Source of the DNA: Euprymna scolopes
Lineage: Eukaryota
Direction: 5' to 3' (one strand)
DNA: 64,000 bases
NCBI GenBank assembly: GCA_053919585.1
Contig: CM132785.1
A model generated the notes under the pieces. The model ran no database searches. It saw nothing but the letters and a program-made list of their open reading frames with translations, and was not told where the DNA came from. Of the stretch, positions 51,629 to 64,000 are shown in pieces (the first letter of the stretch is position 1; the number at the start of each line of letters is the position of its first letter). The translations under genes were made by a program, and so were the position numbers.

Positions 51629-54600
51629 CGCTGAAGGATTGGTGTGGGCGTGTGTTAAAAGAACACATATGCTCTAGCCTCATATATAGCTTCTCCCAAT
51701 CTAATCATCCCTACGTGCACATCGTGAGTTCTGCCACGCTTACGGGGGTCTGGTGAATTGCGAGTGTTCAGTGTCAGAAAACTGAATCTCCACTGCCTTG
51801 TGGGATAAGGTTTGTGAACTAAAGGTTAAGGGTGAGGTAACCCTGACAGAAACCTCCAGAGGAACTTAGGCCTTGTTGACTGCGGCATTCATGACCCACC
51901 GACGTGTGGACCATGCTATGGTGCCCAGCTACCTAAGTCCCAGTCATAGGTAAATATTACCGGGGTAGAAGAAGCTCCTGTAAGCCGTGGTGGAGGCAAT
52001 TCTTCTAGGAGAGCACAACTCTTATGAGAAATCTTCGGTCAAAGGAATTACCAGTCATCTTGCAATGGCTTATCACTGGGTTATTGTTGCTGACACTTAG
52101 AGAGTGGCACGCGTGTCGTACAAATGCTTGCCATTTTAATACAACAATATACAGATGTTACTTGAGATCTATCTTTTATCTTTTTATATCTTTATCTGTC
52201 GTTTATTTTTATTGCAAGTCCTATGGCGATGGAGGAGTGGCAACGTGTACAGACTTGACCAGTATGAGGTTCACAGTCACAAATCTGCACAGCGGTGAGA
52301 GGAACCCTATATTTACATCGTTATTGGGCTTTCTCATGACAGGTCAACTCCGGTAGGGGTTCCTGTGACTGGGCAGCCCTATTCAGGTAGAGAACTGCTC
52401 ACCCAATGACTTGGGAAAGTGCTAGAAAGCTGCACCAAAAGTTGTCTGTCATACTATCACTGATTTGTTTCCTGAGGCTTACGGTGGTTCATGTAAGCAG
52501 GAAGAAAACAAAAATGTACCTCCAAAAATGAGTAAAATTCAATTTATGTTGTTGGGATGTACGCACTGTTCTTGATAAAGCGTCATCCAAACGTCCAGAG
52601 CGCAGGACTGCGCTTGTCACTGCAAAGCTACGAAGACTTGATATAGACATCGCTACTCTGTCAGAGGCCCGCCTCTCAGGAGAAGATCAAGTGACAGTGG
52701 TGTATCAGGCTTCACTCTCTTCTGGATTGGTAAACCGGAGGGTATCCGTAGCAATGGTGGAGTCGGTTTTGCGATTAAAACATCATTGCTTGCTACTATG
52801 GAATTTGCTTCCGGGATCCGTGATCGCATGTCGAAACTTCCTGTTCCTCTATCACATAACAGATTCATCACTAATCTTTCCGTCTATGCACCAACCCTTC
52901 AAGCGAATGAAGATGGCACCTTGTGTTTCTATGAGTCTCTGCGATCTGTTGTTGGATCAATACCAATTAATGAAAAAACTTGTTATTATTGGTGATTTCA
53001 GTGCACGTCTTGACCGCTATGGTATCGGTACCATGAATGCTAATGACCTTAAGCTACTAGAGCTGTGTTTAGAATTTAATCTTGCTATCTACAACACGTT
53101 TTTCGCGGTAAACTGAAGCACAATTCTACTTGGATATACTCACGCCCAAAGCATGGCCACCTAATTGACTTCGTCATTACTCGAAAATGCGACCTTCGAG
53201 ATGCATATACTGTTGGTGTCATGCGCAGTGCTGAATGTGGCACCGAACACAAGTAGATGAGAGGAAAGTTTAATTAACGAATCCGTAATAAAATTCGTCT
53301 CTGTGGTGTTAAGGTACCTAGCCGTATTGATGTCGCCAAGTTTAAGTGGCCTTAAGTTCAAAAGATTATGGCAGAAGAGCTCGATGATCTTGCATTAGAT
53401 TGTACACTGGTTAATTTTAAGAATCAGATTTATTCTGCTGGTGCTGAAGTTTTTGGCTTCACGAGGAATAAAAACAAGGACTGGTGTGACGATAACAATC
53501 TTGTAATTAATCAGTAACTGATGAACAAACAGAAATGTATGACTCTTTACCTCCTGAAATCATTGTAATTGCGACAATACAAAGAGGTCAAAGCCACATT
53601 GCAACATGAGCTAAGAGAAATGAAAAACCAATGCTGGATGAATATAACAGAACAAATGCAAAAGGCGTTTGACACAAAAAATTCGAAGGAATTTTATGGA
53701 CTCCTGTGCCAAGTAGTTGGTCCTCCTACCTCTTCAATATCTCCCCTGATGTCGAAAGATGGTTCTGTTGCCAGTAAAGATCCAGAAAAAATCTTGAAGA
53801 TGGCAGGAGCTCTTTACTGATGTGTTTCACTATCCCTCAGCAGTAGATGTTGATGCAATTGATAGCCTACCACAATGTGATATCACATTCAGAATGGATC
53901 GTTTGCCTAATCTGGTTGAGGTGCAGTTGGCTTTCGCACAAATCAGCAGTGGCAAGGCACCTGGTTTGGATGGTGTTCTGGTGCAGCGTCTTAAGATTGG
54001 CGGGGCGAATATTGCTAATGTTATCCTTAGTTTAGTTGAGGAAATCTGGGAAGATGCTCCTGTTCCACAGGATTTGATTGATGGTGTCTTGGTGACCCTG
54101 TTTAAAGGAAAGGGACAGAATAATGTTTGTGACCACTACCGTGTGATTATGCTTTTGGCAGATGTTGTGAATGTTCTCGCACGATTTCTATTAAGCAGGT
54201 AACTGGGGGATGTTTATCCTAATGCTATTCCAGAGTCACAAAGTTGCATTAGGTCTGGCAGAGGAACTTTGGATATGATTTTTTTCAGCTCGGCAGTTCC
54301 AGGAGAAATGCACTGAACAACAGTATCAAGTGTTTTTGGATCTAACCAACGCTTTTGAGACTGTTAGCAGGGATGATCTCTGTTTACACTTAGGTTGGAG
54401 GACACCCTACTTTCTCTTTGTTAGAATACTCAAGGACCTGCACAGCGACATGAAAGTTCGAGTCTCGTTTAACGATAAATTGTCTGATGAAATCAGAGTT
54501 GACAATGGTGTTAAACAAGGTAATATTCCTGCCCCTACACTTTTCTCTATATATTTTGCTGCTCTACTTGCACATGCGTTTCGAGATTACGATAGAGGTG

Positions 54601-55920
54601 TCATGTTAAAGTTTCGAACCACAGGTAGCATTTTTAATCTTAGAAGATGTAATACTAGAACCAAGCTGCTTCATGTCTTGGTCAAGGAATCACTGCATGC
54701 AGAAGATTCTGTTTTTGTCGCACACTGAGACTTATATGCATCATATAATGCATAGCTTTGCTGATTTCTGCACTGTCTTTGGGCTGAGACTCAGTCCGTC
54801 TAAAAAAAAAGGTGATGTTCACTCCTGCATCGATCATGCCATACGTGGAGCCGAACTGTGGTTCTAGACTGGGAGTAGTTGATTCATTTGTGTACCTTGG
54901 TAATTCTCTGTCAAGGGATGGCTGTCTTGACAATGAAATCCATAGGCGAATGTAGAAGGCATCTATAGCTTTTAGAAGGTTAAAAAGAGAGCACGGTCTG
55001 ATCGTGGCATCACAGACAAGACTAAGATATGCGTTTACAAGACCTGTGTGCTAACCACACTGTTGTATTCATCGGTGACATGGGCATTGCGTCAAAGGCA
55101 CATTAAATGGCTTGAACAATTTCACCAAAGATGCTTGAGACGTATCTTAAACATCAAGTGGCAAACACACGTACCCGATACTGAAGTCCCTGTGAGAGCA
55201 TGTTGCTTAGTGTTGAGACCCTTTTAATCAGATCTCAAATGCGTTGGATGGTCCACTTGGTTCGAATGAAAGATTGGAGGCTGCCAAAACAAATTTTTTA
55301 TCGAGAGCTGGAAAATGTCAAGCGCCCTCAACACAAGCCTGGGAAGAGGTTAAGGGACTCTACAAAGAATAAATTGAAAGTATTACAAATCGACATTGAC
55401 ACATGGAAAGAACTTACTCTGCAAAGGCCGAAGTGGCGAAAGCTTGTATGTGAATTTTTTTAGGCTTTAGAGAAAAGAAAGCAGGCCCAAAGCACTCTGA
55501 AGCGAGAGCTTCGCAAAGGTTTAATTGACGGTCTTAATCATGACACACAGAGTTGGAAATGCAACACTTGTGAACGAGTGCTTTTCTCAAAAGCTGGCTA
55601 CATCAACCACCTTAAGTCGCACAAAACTCTTGTTCAGGTCAACTTTCAACCTATTAGTCCGAACCAAACGATCTGTTTAACATGTATCAACGTTTGCAAG
55701 TCTACTGCTGGTCTAAGAAGACATGGGACTGTTCATAGGAATACTTTTCAACCTCCAGAGGAAGTAAACCCGATGGAAATTGCTCAATTTGAATGTCACA
55801 TTTGCGGCAAGATGTGCAAATCCGGGACAGGAGTGCAGAGTCATCTAAGATGGCATGGACGGCAAGATAGGAAGAACTCAATGTGACGGCGATCATCTGG
55901 AAAGATGCAGCAATCATAAC
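51626..55920 (+). mobile_element. Near full-length degenerate RTE-clade LINE (5' UTR ~0.9 kb, APE endonuclease, RT, three C2H2 zinc fingers)
   Basis: W.VRT.LD, RPERRTALV, DIDIATLSE.R, GVGFAIK, SVYAPT, IIGDFSAR, SGKAPGLDG, FLDLT.AFE, GVKQG.IPAPTLFSIYF, LHAED (from LFADD), F.YLG, LEQFHQRCLRRILNIKWQ, RLPKQIFY.EL. Three Cx2C-x12-Hx3H fingers at 55560-55857. Ends in (CA)n. Confidence 0.95.
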
Positions 55921-55925
55921 ACCCA

Positions 55926-55968
<43 letters not shown>

Positions 55969-56719
55969 GTATTCTTTTTAACTTTGAAGCCTCAATTAAA
56001 AATCAAGAATGTATTTTCAGTCTTTCGTTGAAAAATTATTTTTGCAATACGCCTTATAATCTATAATCGCTGAGTTTACTCGCCTTCTAGAATCAACCAT
56101 AATCCTAAGTGTTCAATGATCTAAGTTGTTTACCAGGACTCCTTTTCTGGGATGTAAAACTTAACTGTATATTAAAACAGGAGGTCACAATTTGGTTAAT
56201 AAAACATAACCTCTCATAAGCAAATAACAACAAATGTTCCGGATATTAGAAAACGTGCTTTGCTCACTTTTTATTTTGGCTAGGATTTTCATGTTATCAG
56301 AACCCGTGTAATTTATCCTTATTAAAACAAACTGTTTATTATTTCTTAATCTACTTTATTTTTTTTAGTTTGGATGAATCTACGATGTTCACTTATCACT
56401 CCACCCTTGTTATTTATATGTTTACATTTCTATTTACCAATGCCGTATTTATGTTTTTTTATTAAAAAAAATAAATATAAAAAATTACACATGATATCTT
56501 TATGTATATTTCTAGTTTCAGATATCTACTATGATACAATTTGATTAGATTTTATTGTTTTAAAAGCAATACAATATGGATTAAATGTTTTATTTAACTG
56601 TTTACCTATTTTAATGACAACTTCACGTAGCTATTCTTATTACAGGCTAGAGACCGAAGGAAAAATTCTATCAATTTTAAAGTAAGACGATTTATACTTA
56701 AAAACACGGACATAGTGAC

Positions 56720-56776
<57 letters not shown>

Positions 56777-57509
56777 GAGAGATATGAATGCGTGTGTATA
56801 CGTGTGCGCCTGTTTTTCACGAACATATATTGTATCATTTTACATTTAAAAAAAAATAACTTCTGTTTCCTTTAGCATATACACGATTTCACTCATAAAT
56901 TGCTAGATAAGTATGCGCTAATTGAATACTATTTAAGAACAAGTGCGCATATTGGAATTACTAAGGTACCCCTTTTCTATAAACAATCTTTAAATATATC
57001 TAAACATTTTAATCCATAACATTTAACGCATGTATGTTAATTAGGGTAATGTCCAACTATTTGTGATTCAGAATTGTTTTTAATGTATACATTAGGTCTG
57101 CATTTCCGTGTACTTTGTTGTTTAGACAACTTTTTTGGGGTGTATGTTGTGTTAGGACGACTTTATATGGTTAAGTCAACCTAATGAGCGTTCTATGTTT
57201 TGTGTACTTTTTTAAAACGCATAAATGGACGTTGTCTTCTAATAATCCTTACAGGGTAATGATTAAACTGTTTAAGTATTTTTTCGAATGTTAGGGCGAG
57301 ATAATTCTTGTGAAGTTATCTTATATTTCCATGGTTTACAGCCATTTCCCCGATGTGTAAAAAAGAGTTTATAATTTTATTTTGCTGGCTTTTACAAGTT
57401 TATGCTGCATTGACAGCTCCAAGTTTATATAGTTTCAGATATATTTTTCAATACAAAAATTGAGAAAGCTATTTTACTTATTCATATGCAGACACACATT
57501 TTTAACGTT

Positions 57510-57742
57510 TTGCAGGCTGCCGTTATGAGACAATTGAGGAGATAAAAAAGGTGGGGTGAAAGTCATAAACAATTTCACACAAGAGGTATTTCATAGGGCC
57601 TTCCAGTAGTTGTTTTATAGATACAACAAGTGCATTGCAGCCGGTATTACTTCGAAGAGATCTCGGGTTCTTTGTGTGTACTCTCAATAAAATTGTCCAC
57701 GGCGATAAAAGAGTCTGGAAACTTATTTAAGACACTTCGAAA
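57510..57742 (+). mobile_element. Mariner transposase C-terminal fragment plus 3' terminal repeat region
   Basis: Translates with frameshifts as GCRYETIEEIK..…F.QE.FHRAFQ*LF.RYNKCIAAG..YFE, a typical mariner C-terminus, followed by a TIR-like gtctggaaacttatttaa. Confidence 0.7.
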
Positions 57743-58029
57743 TATACAATTGCATATTTTTGTTCGCTTCCAAGACCAGCATACGTTGGTTATTTTTCCA
57801 TGTTTGATATTGTTTTTGCGCTTCCCCATTTGCTCCAAATACTTAATTTATTATAAGTTAAATGCTCAACATGCATATGGTTGCAGTTACTCAAACTGTA
57901 TTCTATTAATAATTAATAGTCGCTCGTTATCCTAGAATCTAAATCACTCATAATACTTATGTAACATGCATGTTTTTCCTATCTATCTATGCATATATTT
58001 CAGCTACACTTTTTTGAAAAATGCGTGAT

Positions 58030-58210
58030 CAGGAGACATGGATAGCGTCTCGGATATTGCCCTCCTCTATTGTCTTGTATAGCACGATCAGATAAAGCTG
58101 ATTTTTGTCATTGAAGGAAAATCAACGTGGTATATCATAATTAAATCAGATATTTTGTCTTCATCACTAAACACACAAAACCCATCCACATATCTGAAGT
58201 GATGGACCAA
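58030..58210 (-). mobile_element. Very old Penelope-like RT fragment
   Basis: Minus strand FRYVDGFCVF resembles the PLE RYVDD.F..F motif, followed by a possible decayed LSFLD-type segment. Confidence 0.35.
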
Positions 58211-58224
58211 TAATACACGCAGAC

Positions 58225-58283
<59 letters not shown>

Positions 58284-58287
58284 CATA

Positions 58288-58324
<37 letters not shown>

Positions 58325-60167
58325 GACTCCAATATTATCGTATGCAAGATATTTTCAGCGGTGTGTTGAATAACTACAAAAATAATTATTATTAAAAAAT
58401 CTTAATTTTTTCGTCATGTATGTATGTATATATATATATGTGTGTGTGTGTGTGTTAAGTCGTATTCGTGCAAGACTTCGGTTTGTTCTCAGGCTGATTT
58501 ATATACACTAAAGCAATATCTTTCAAAAATGGATTTTAATACTAAAAATGTATTTTTATACTTTTATTTCTGCATGATTTTTACATATATAAGGAATCCG
58601 AATACAACACGCTTTTATATTTGGTTATTACATTAAATAACATTTGTTTAACAATTAGGTATAATTTTAAATAAATATATGTAAATACGCATTATTACAT
58701 ATGACCATTTCTAACCCAGATATACATGTATATATAATTGTATATATGTATACATAATTGTAGATGAATCTCAGAATGAGGAGTGAACACGTAGTGCATG
58801 CTTATCTTAAAGATTAACGGCCGTATTCACAGGAAGTTATACAGATCATATAAATTCGTATGAATCATAAAAAAATATTAAAACAGTTCTTTTTTCTGTT
58901 CTTAACCTGTTTTGTTCTTTATGTGTTTATAATACACGCATAATATCGAGATAGTTCTCTCTTTCTAAATTGCTATGCTTGGTCATATTTTTATTTTCTG
59001 AATAAAAAAAAAATTCCCAGTAAAACTTTATTCTTTTATTGGGAGTTACACATCCCAGCCTCTCATGACTGACCATATTATACTTTCGAATCGATTTGGA
59101 TCGAAGAGCAGCAATCGACTAACCTTTCGCTCTCGGCTTTTGTGCCTATTAAGGGGGGGGCAAACTGGTTGGACTGAAAAGGAGGCAAACTTTGAACAAA
59201 GGCGCATGAAAAGAACTCGACAAACTGGGACGTGATAGATTATTTCGCCCCTATTTTGAAACCGACATAAATTGATCTCCTAGATGTTAGACATTATTCT
59301 TCTATTCTATTAGTTTTATCAAGTATTCTAATAACCCTCTGCTCACGTAAAAAAAACGTACTAAGGGAGAGAAATAGAAATGAAGTGTTCATAGAAAGTG
59401 AAGATATAGATAATTAAACTGTAATATATAAATGATAGAAAAATGAGTAAGAAGAAGAAAACACATAAAACAGAAGGTAACGAAAAATGAGACAGGAAAG
59501 AAAGACACTATCCGTAATAAAGAAAAAGAAGTTTATAGAAATGGAAAATTAGCAAATAAATATAGGGATATGCATGTTTGCTCTTTTTAAATTATTTTAT
59601 TTTTTTAATTTTCTCCTTCATCGATATGGCGTATCTTTTATGTATCTATAAGGCAGTTCTCTAGTTCTATTTTTAACGTCAACCACCTGTCTTATAAATA
59701 TAGTCCATGCAGTAACTTTTGGTCATTGGCATTATCTTTCCCCATTAGTGACTTACCTTGTTTCGTAATCTGTCATTGCTTCAATAATTTATTCGCTTTT
59801 CCCCATTACTAATGTTCTCTATTTTTCTTGTTAGACATTATTATATCTTTAGACTGGGCAACATAATTATTAAATCCGATATTAGCCCAATCGTTGTTTC
59901 TATATCCTTTTAACTATTAAACCTCGTTGACATTTCTATTCCATTCATATTCCGTTGTACTTTTGTGTTCCTAAATTGTGTATCTCTTTGATGCGCCTTT
60001 ATATATCTAGTAACATAAATATAAACAGTAGCTAATGTAATTACTATATGACATACGACGATGCATATTAGAGAATAATCACAATGTATGAATATACAAA
60101 GACATACACACTTCCGTAAATGTATAATAGTGTGCACACTAAATGAGTAATAAAGAAAAATATGAAA

Positions 60168-60668
60168 GCATGCTGTAGAACAACTTGAGTGTATACTGAA
60201 GGGAGATTTGATTGCATACTGAAGAGGAACTTCAGTGAATACTGAAGTTTAAAAAAAAATTAAATGCGTATCGAAGACTAGAATGCATACTAGAGAGAAA
60301 CTTAAACGCATAATAGATAGAAACTATAATGACTACTGCAGAGGAAGCTGAACGAATATTGAAGAGAAACGTAAATGCATACTAGGGAGAAAATTCAGTC
60401 AAACGGGAGTAAATATAGAATGGATACTAGAGAGAAACTTTAATGCATACTAGGGAGACATTTGGATGCATACTGAATAGACTATAATGAATACTGGATA
60501 GAAACTGGAAAGCATATGGGTAAAATTTGGAAAGCATATTGGGGAGAAACTGGAATGCATACTACAGAGAAAATTTAATGCATACTGGTCATAAAAAAGA
60601 TTGCGTAATTAACAGAAGGGTGTATGCGTACTAGAGAGAATCTGAAATTTCTACCGGAGAGACGTGAA
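60168..60668. repeat. Diverged ~23-bp minisatellite, about 20 units
   Basis: Consensus approximately aatgcatactagagagaaacttt, repeated head to tail. Confidence 0.9.
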
Positions 60669-61356
60669 CACCATTTTCCTCGAGTGTCTAATATTTCAAT
60701 CTACCGGGGTTTTTTTTCAGAAAAATCGGTCATTGTTATACGTTTGTGTCCTACAAGTAAACCCTGACCAAATAATTTTGAATCAAATAATATTTGTAGT
60801 CGCAGTAAGATCTCCTCCGTATTGATGTTTACAGTGGCTTTTATGAGGAAAGGTGTGCCTTCTTCAAGTGATGCTAATTTATGTAACAGCCCGAAGTTGG
60901 ATATGCCACCAGAACAGATACATTCTTGTCATAGATTCCAGTCAGGGCAATAGAATAATAGAAATAGGTTATATCATATTTAATGGGCAATAAAGGATAG
61001 TAACGATGTCCTCAAATGCTTTACTTACTCGGTGTTTAGTAGGTAAAGGACAACGATACTAGAATACTCGATTATCTACGTAGCTTCCGTATAGAGATAA
61101 AGGGTTAGCTCCAGGAAGGACCCTCCTGTAGTTCTGAAAACTTCAACTGAAGCACAGGCATTCAGAGATTCTAACTAATAAAAGCTAAAACAATAAAAAT
61201 GTGAATTTCGTAAAAGTAACATAACCAAATAATTAAAAAGGACGCGCAAGTATGTGTATAGCAGAAAATTACGAGGAACAGAAAGAATGTCGAAAAAAAA
61301 ACAACTATGAATTAAAAAAAAGAGCAGTATATATGTTCAGAAACTGGTAACGGACG

Positions 61357-61429
<73 letters not shown>

Positions 61430-61981
61430 TCTATGAATTCAAATCCAACAAAGAATACGTGAAAACATGACAGTATGCATAAATTAACCACAGAGAATAA
61501 ACTGATAATTTTAAGATTGTAAAAAAAAACAGAAGGGACATATAACTACCAATTATCAGAAGATAGTAGAAAAAACGTAGGTATAATTTTTGAAACGCTA
61601 CTAATGTGAAATTATCAACGTATAGTCGATGAAATGGAAAAGATTCACACTAATAGAAAATAACAACGAGGCAGAATCACAGCAGTAATACATAATTATA
61701 ATGGACGAGTGCCAAGTTCATTAATGATACAGACTAAATCCGAGGCGTTCTAATCTCAAATCAAGATCCTTCCACAGATACACATTAATAAAACTAACAC
61801 TTGATTTTGTTACTATTCTACTACAGAATCTGTAGATTAAATGATACAAGCTAATAATTAACGAAAGAATAACAACACAGTTCTATGCAAATATATAATC
61901 CTAGAGAAGAAAACGCATATAGCAGATTAAAGGCGTTCAAATGTGCATATATTAAAAAAATGAATATATGAGGATAGAAAT

Positions 61982-62101
61982 TGATCATCATATAATACAT
62001 TATACATATGTACACAATGTACATATATATCCTATATGTACTGTTTATCATAAAATACATTATGTATGTGATCATCATATAATACATTATACACAATGTA
62101 C
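61982..62101. repeat. Local direct repeats
   Basis: tgatcatcatataatacattataca occurs at ~61982 and ~62068, with a partial copy between. Confidence 0.75.
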
Positions 62102-64000
62102 AGAAAGAAGGGAAACGTGATGCCCCCCCAAATATAGAAAGGACATATAAATCACATAATGCACAAGTGACGAATGAAACGCATAGCTGATTAGGGATGC
62201 CTCAAAAATAGCGTACAGACATATATAAAAAATACGTCTCAACAGTAAGTATTATTATACTAAGTCTAAGTAAATCAACCTTTGTTTCTCTATGGCTTGC
62301 TTTCGAAGTGATTTCCAAAGGCAAGCCCTCCTGTTTTTTTTTCTGACCGAATAGATCAGATTAGATTGCAATTACGTCGTAATGATGACTGGACTCACAC
62401 GTCTATGACCGGAAGCCCCATTGTTCTGTTGCAGATACTGATGGTTTAAAACTCATAAACGTTCGCCGAAAACTTAGGCGTGCCATTAAGCTGTTGGCAA
62501 AGGTGTATTGGAAATTGTGATGACTGCATAGAAATACCAATCCTAGAGCAGAAAGGCTCGCTCGTGTTTTATAGTACTGCTTTCGGTAAATAACACGGTT
62601 TTTTTTTCTAGAACTGCCTTCATACCTACACACAAGACGACGTAATAAAACAGATAATAGCAATCGTTGAAAAATGTATATCAGCCAGGATAATGTTACC
62701 GATTTATTATAATACTTTTCTGTCCCTCTCTCTATATTTTTGTGTTTTGTTTTCTGTCTTTTTTCTTTTTCCATCTGTCTCAACATGAAATCTTCTTTTC
62801 TTCCAGAATTGCTGGCCTGCAGGCGTACGTTGGTTATCCATGCGGAACCAGCCGCTATATCGGCATTAAGTCGACGAGCGGATGTTGAACGATGATAATT
62901 CACCGTACGCCTCTTTTTGATGAATGGGCTGCTTTTCGTCTGAGATAGAAAGATTCAAAGAAACTTAGTTTTACTGAAGTCTGATAGAGACCCTGGGTTT
63001 GGGATGAGAGTAAAATAGACGTTGAATTAGTTATCTTTTCCTTTGAGAAGCAGTGGAAATTATTGCCTAAAAGACATAAATAATATATAAAAAATAACAT
63101 TTTTAAAAAGAGCAATATGTAAAAAAGAGAATTAAATGAACAAAAATATACGAGCAAACATAATAGAACAGGAAATTAAGGAGGAAAGCGAAATACAAAA
63201 AAATGGAAAGGATAGATTAGAAAAGAAATGGAATGAAGGGTAAGATGATATGGAAATGGAATAAACCTACAAAGCAAGGATTGCCGAAAGTATGTGACAT
63301 GTTTATGAACAGAAATACCGTCGAGTTTCCTCGTGGTAACACAATAACTATGAGTTTGAAATAAAACATAAAAAGTAAACATATATTCAAAAGAGAATTT
63401 AGAGACAACATTTGAAAATACAACATGAGTTAGCATGGATCTCATAAGAAAAGTATTGTGGAGTAATGATAGAACAAACTAAATTAATAAAGTAATATAT
63501 TCTAATATATAACAAGGAAAAACTATTATAAAATAGAATAAAGGGAATAAAAGGAACACAAGCTAAAAAAACAACGATAAATAGCGAAAAGAAGCATAAA
63601 GAAAGTAGGAAAATAGTTATGAAATAGATTCAACAAAACAAAACAAATAATTAAAAAGCAATAATAAAAGCTATATAAAGGGATAAAAAGAAAACATTAT
63701 AATCAAAGCAGATGTACAACCCAAAATAAAGAACAAAACCAGCAAAAACTCAAAATAATTAAATTACTAATGTTAAAAAATAAAGTATCAATCAAAATAT
63801 CTTGAAAGCAAAAAAGAAAATAGGAAAGTTGGAAATAAAATTATAACCAATCAACCGTGCAGTATTCAAAGAGAGAAATAGGAAATATTAAACAAAATTA
63901 TACCTTAATTGAATTAGTTTCCAACAGTATCCACATTACCCTAATAAACGCAATCAACTTCATATATTTCTGGACTAAAACGTCGCCATGGACGATTGGC

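Noticed and set aside
60168-60668. CRISPR-like array
   Set aside because: Head-to-tail diverged units with no unique spacers, no cas genes, and a eukaryotic context.
60780-60960. CR1 RT remnant on the minus strand (IALD…GLLHKL)
   Set aside because: A single short motif match; insufficient to call.

Overview
AT-rich genomic DNA from a eukaryote, most likely an invertebrate animal (inferred from the tektin gene, the transposon families and abundant (TA)n/(CA)n microsatellites). There are four assembly gaps. The only intact, recognisable host gene is an intronless tektin-3/5-like ORF (19734-21260, minus strand) with retrogene-like hallmarks and a diverged signature motif. One candidate terminal exon of another gene lies at 25356-25473 (minus). 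The rest is mostly decayed transposable elements: mariner/Tc1 remnants, four CR1/Jockey-type LINE copies, a truncated Ty3/gypsy-like internal region, a Penelope-like (Naiad-type) element, a near full-length RTE LINE ending in three C2H2 fingers, several non-autonomous Helitrons, MITE/foldback elements, SINE fragments, a solo-LTR-like insert, an ~815-bp tandem duplication and minisatellites. I found no convincing new multi-gene system, no CRISPR array, no rRNA and no functional tRNA. Family assignments are from recognised motifs, not database searches.
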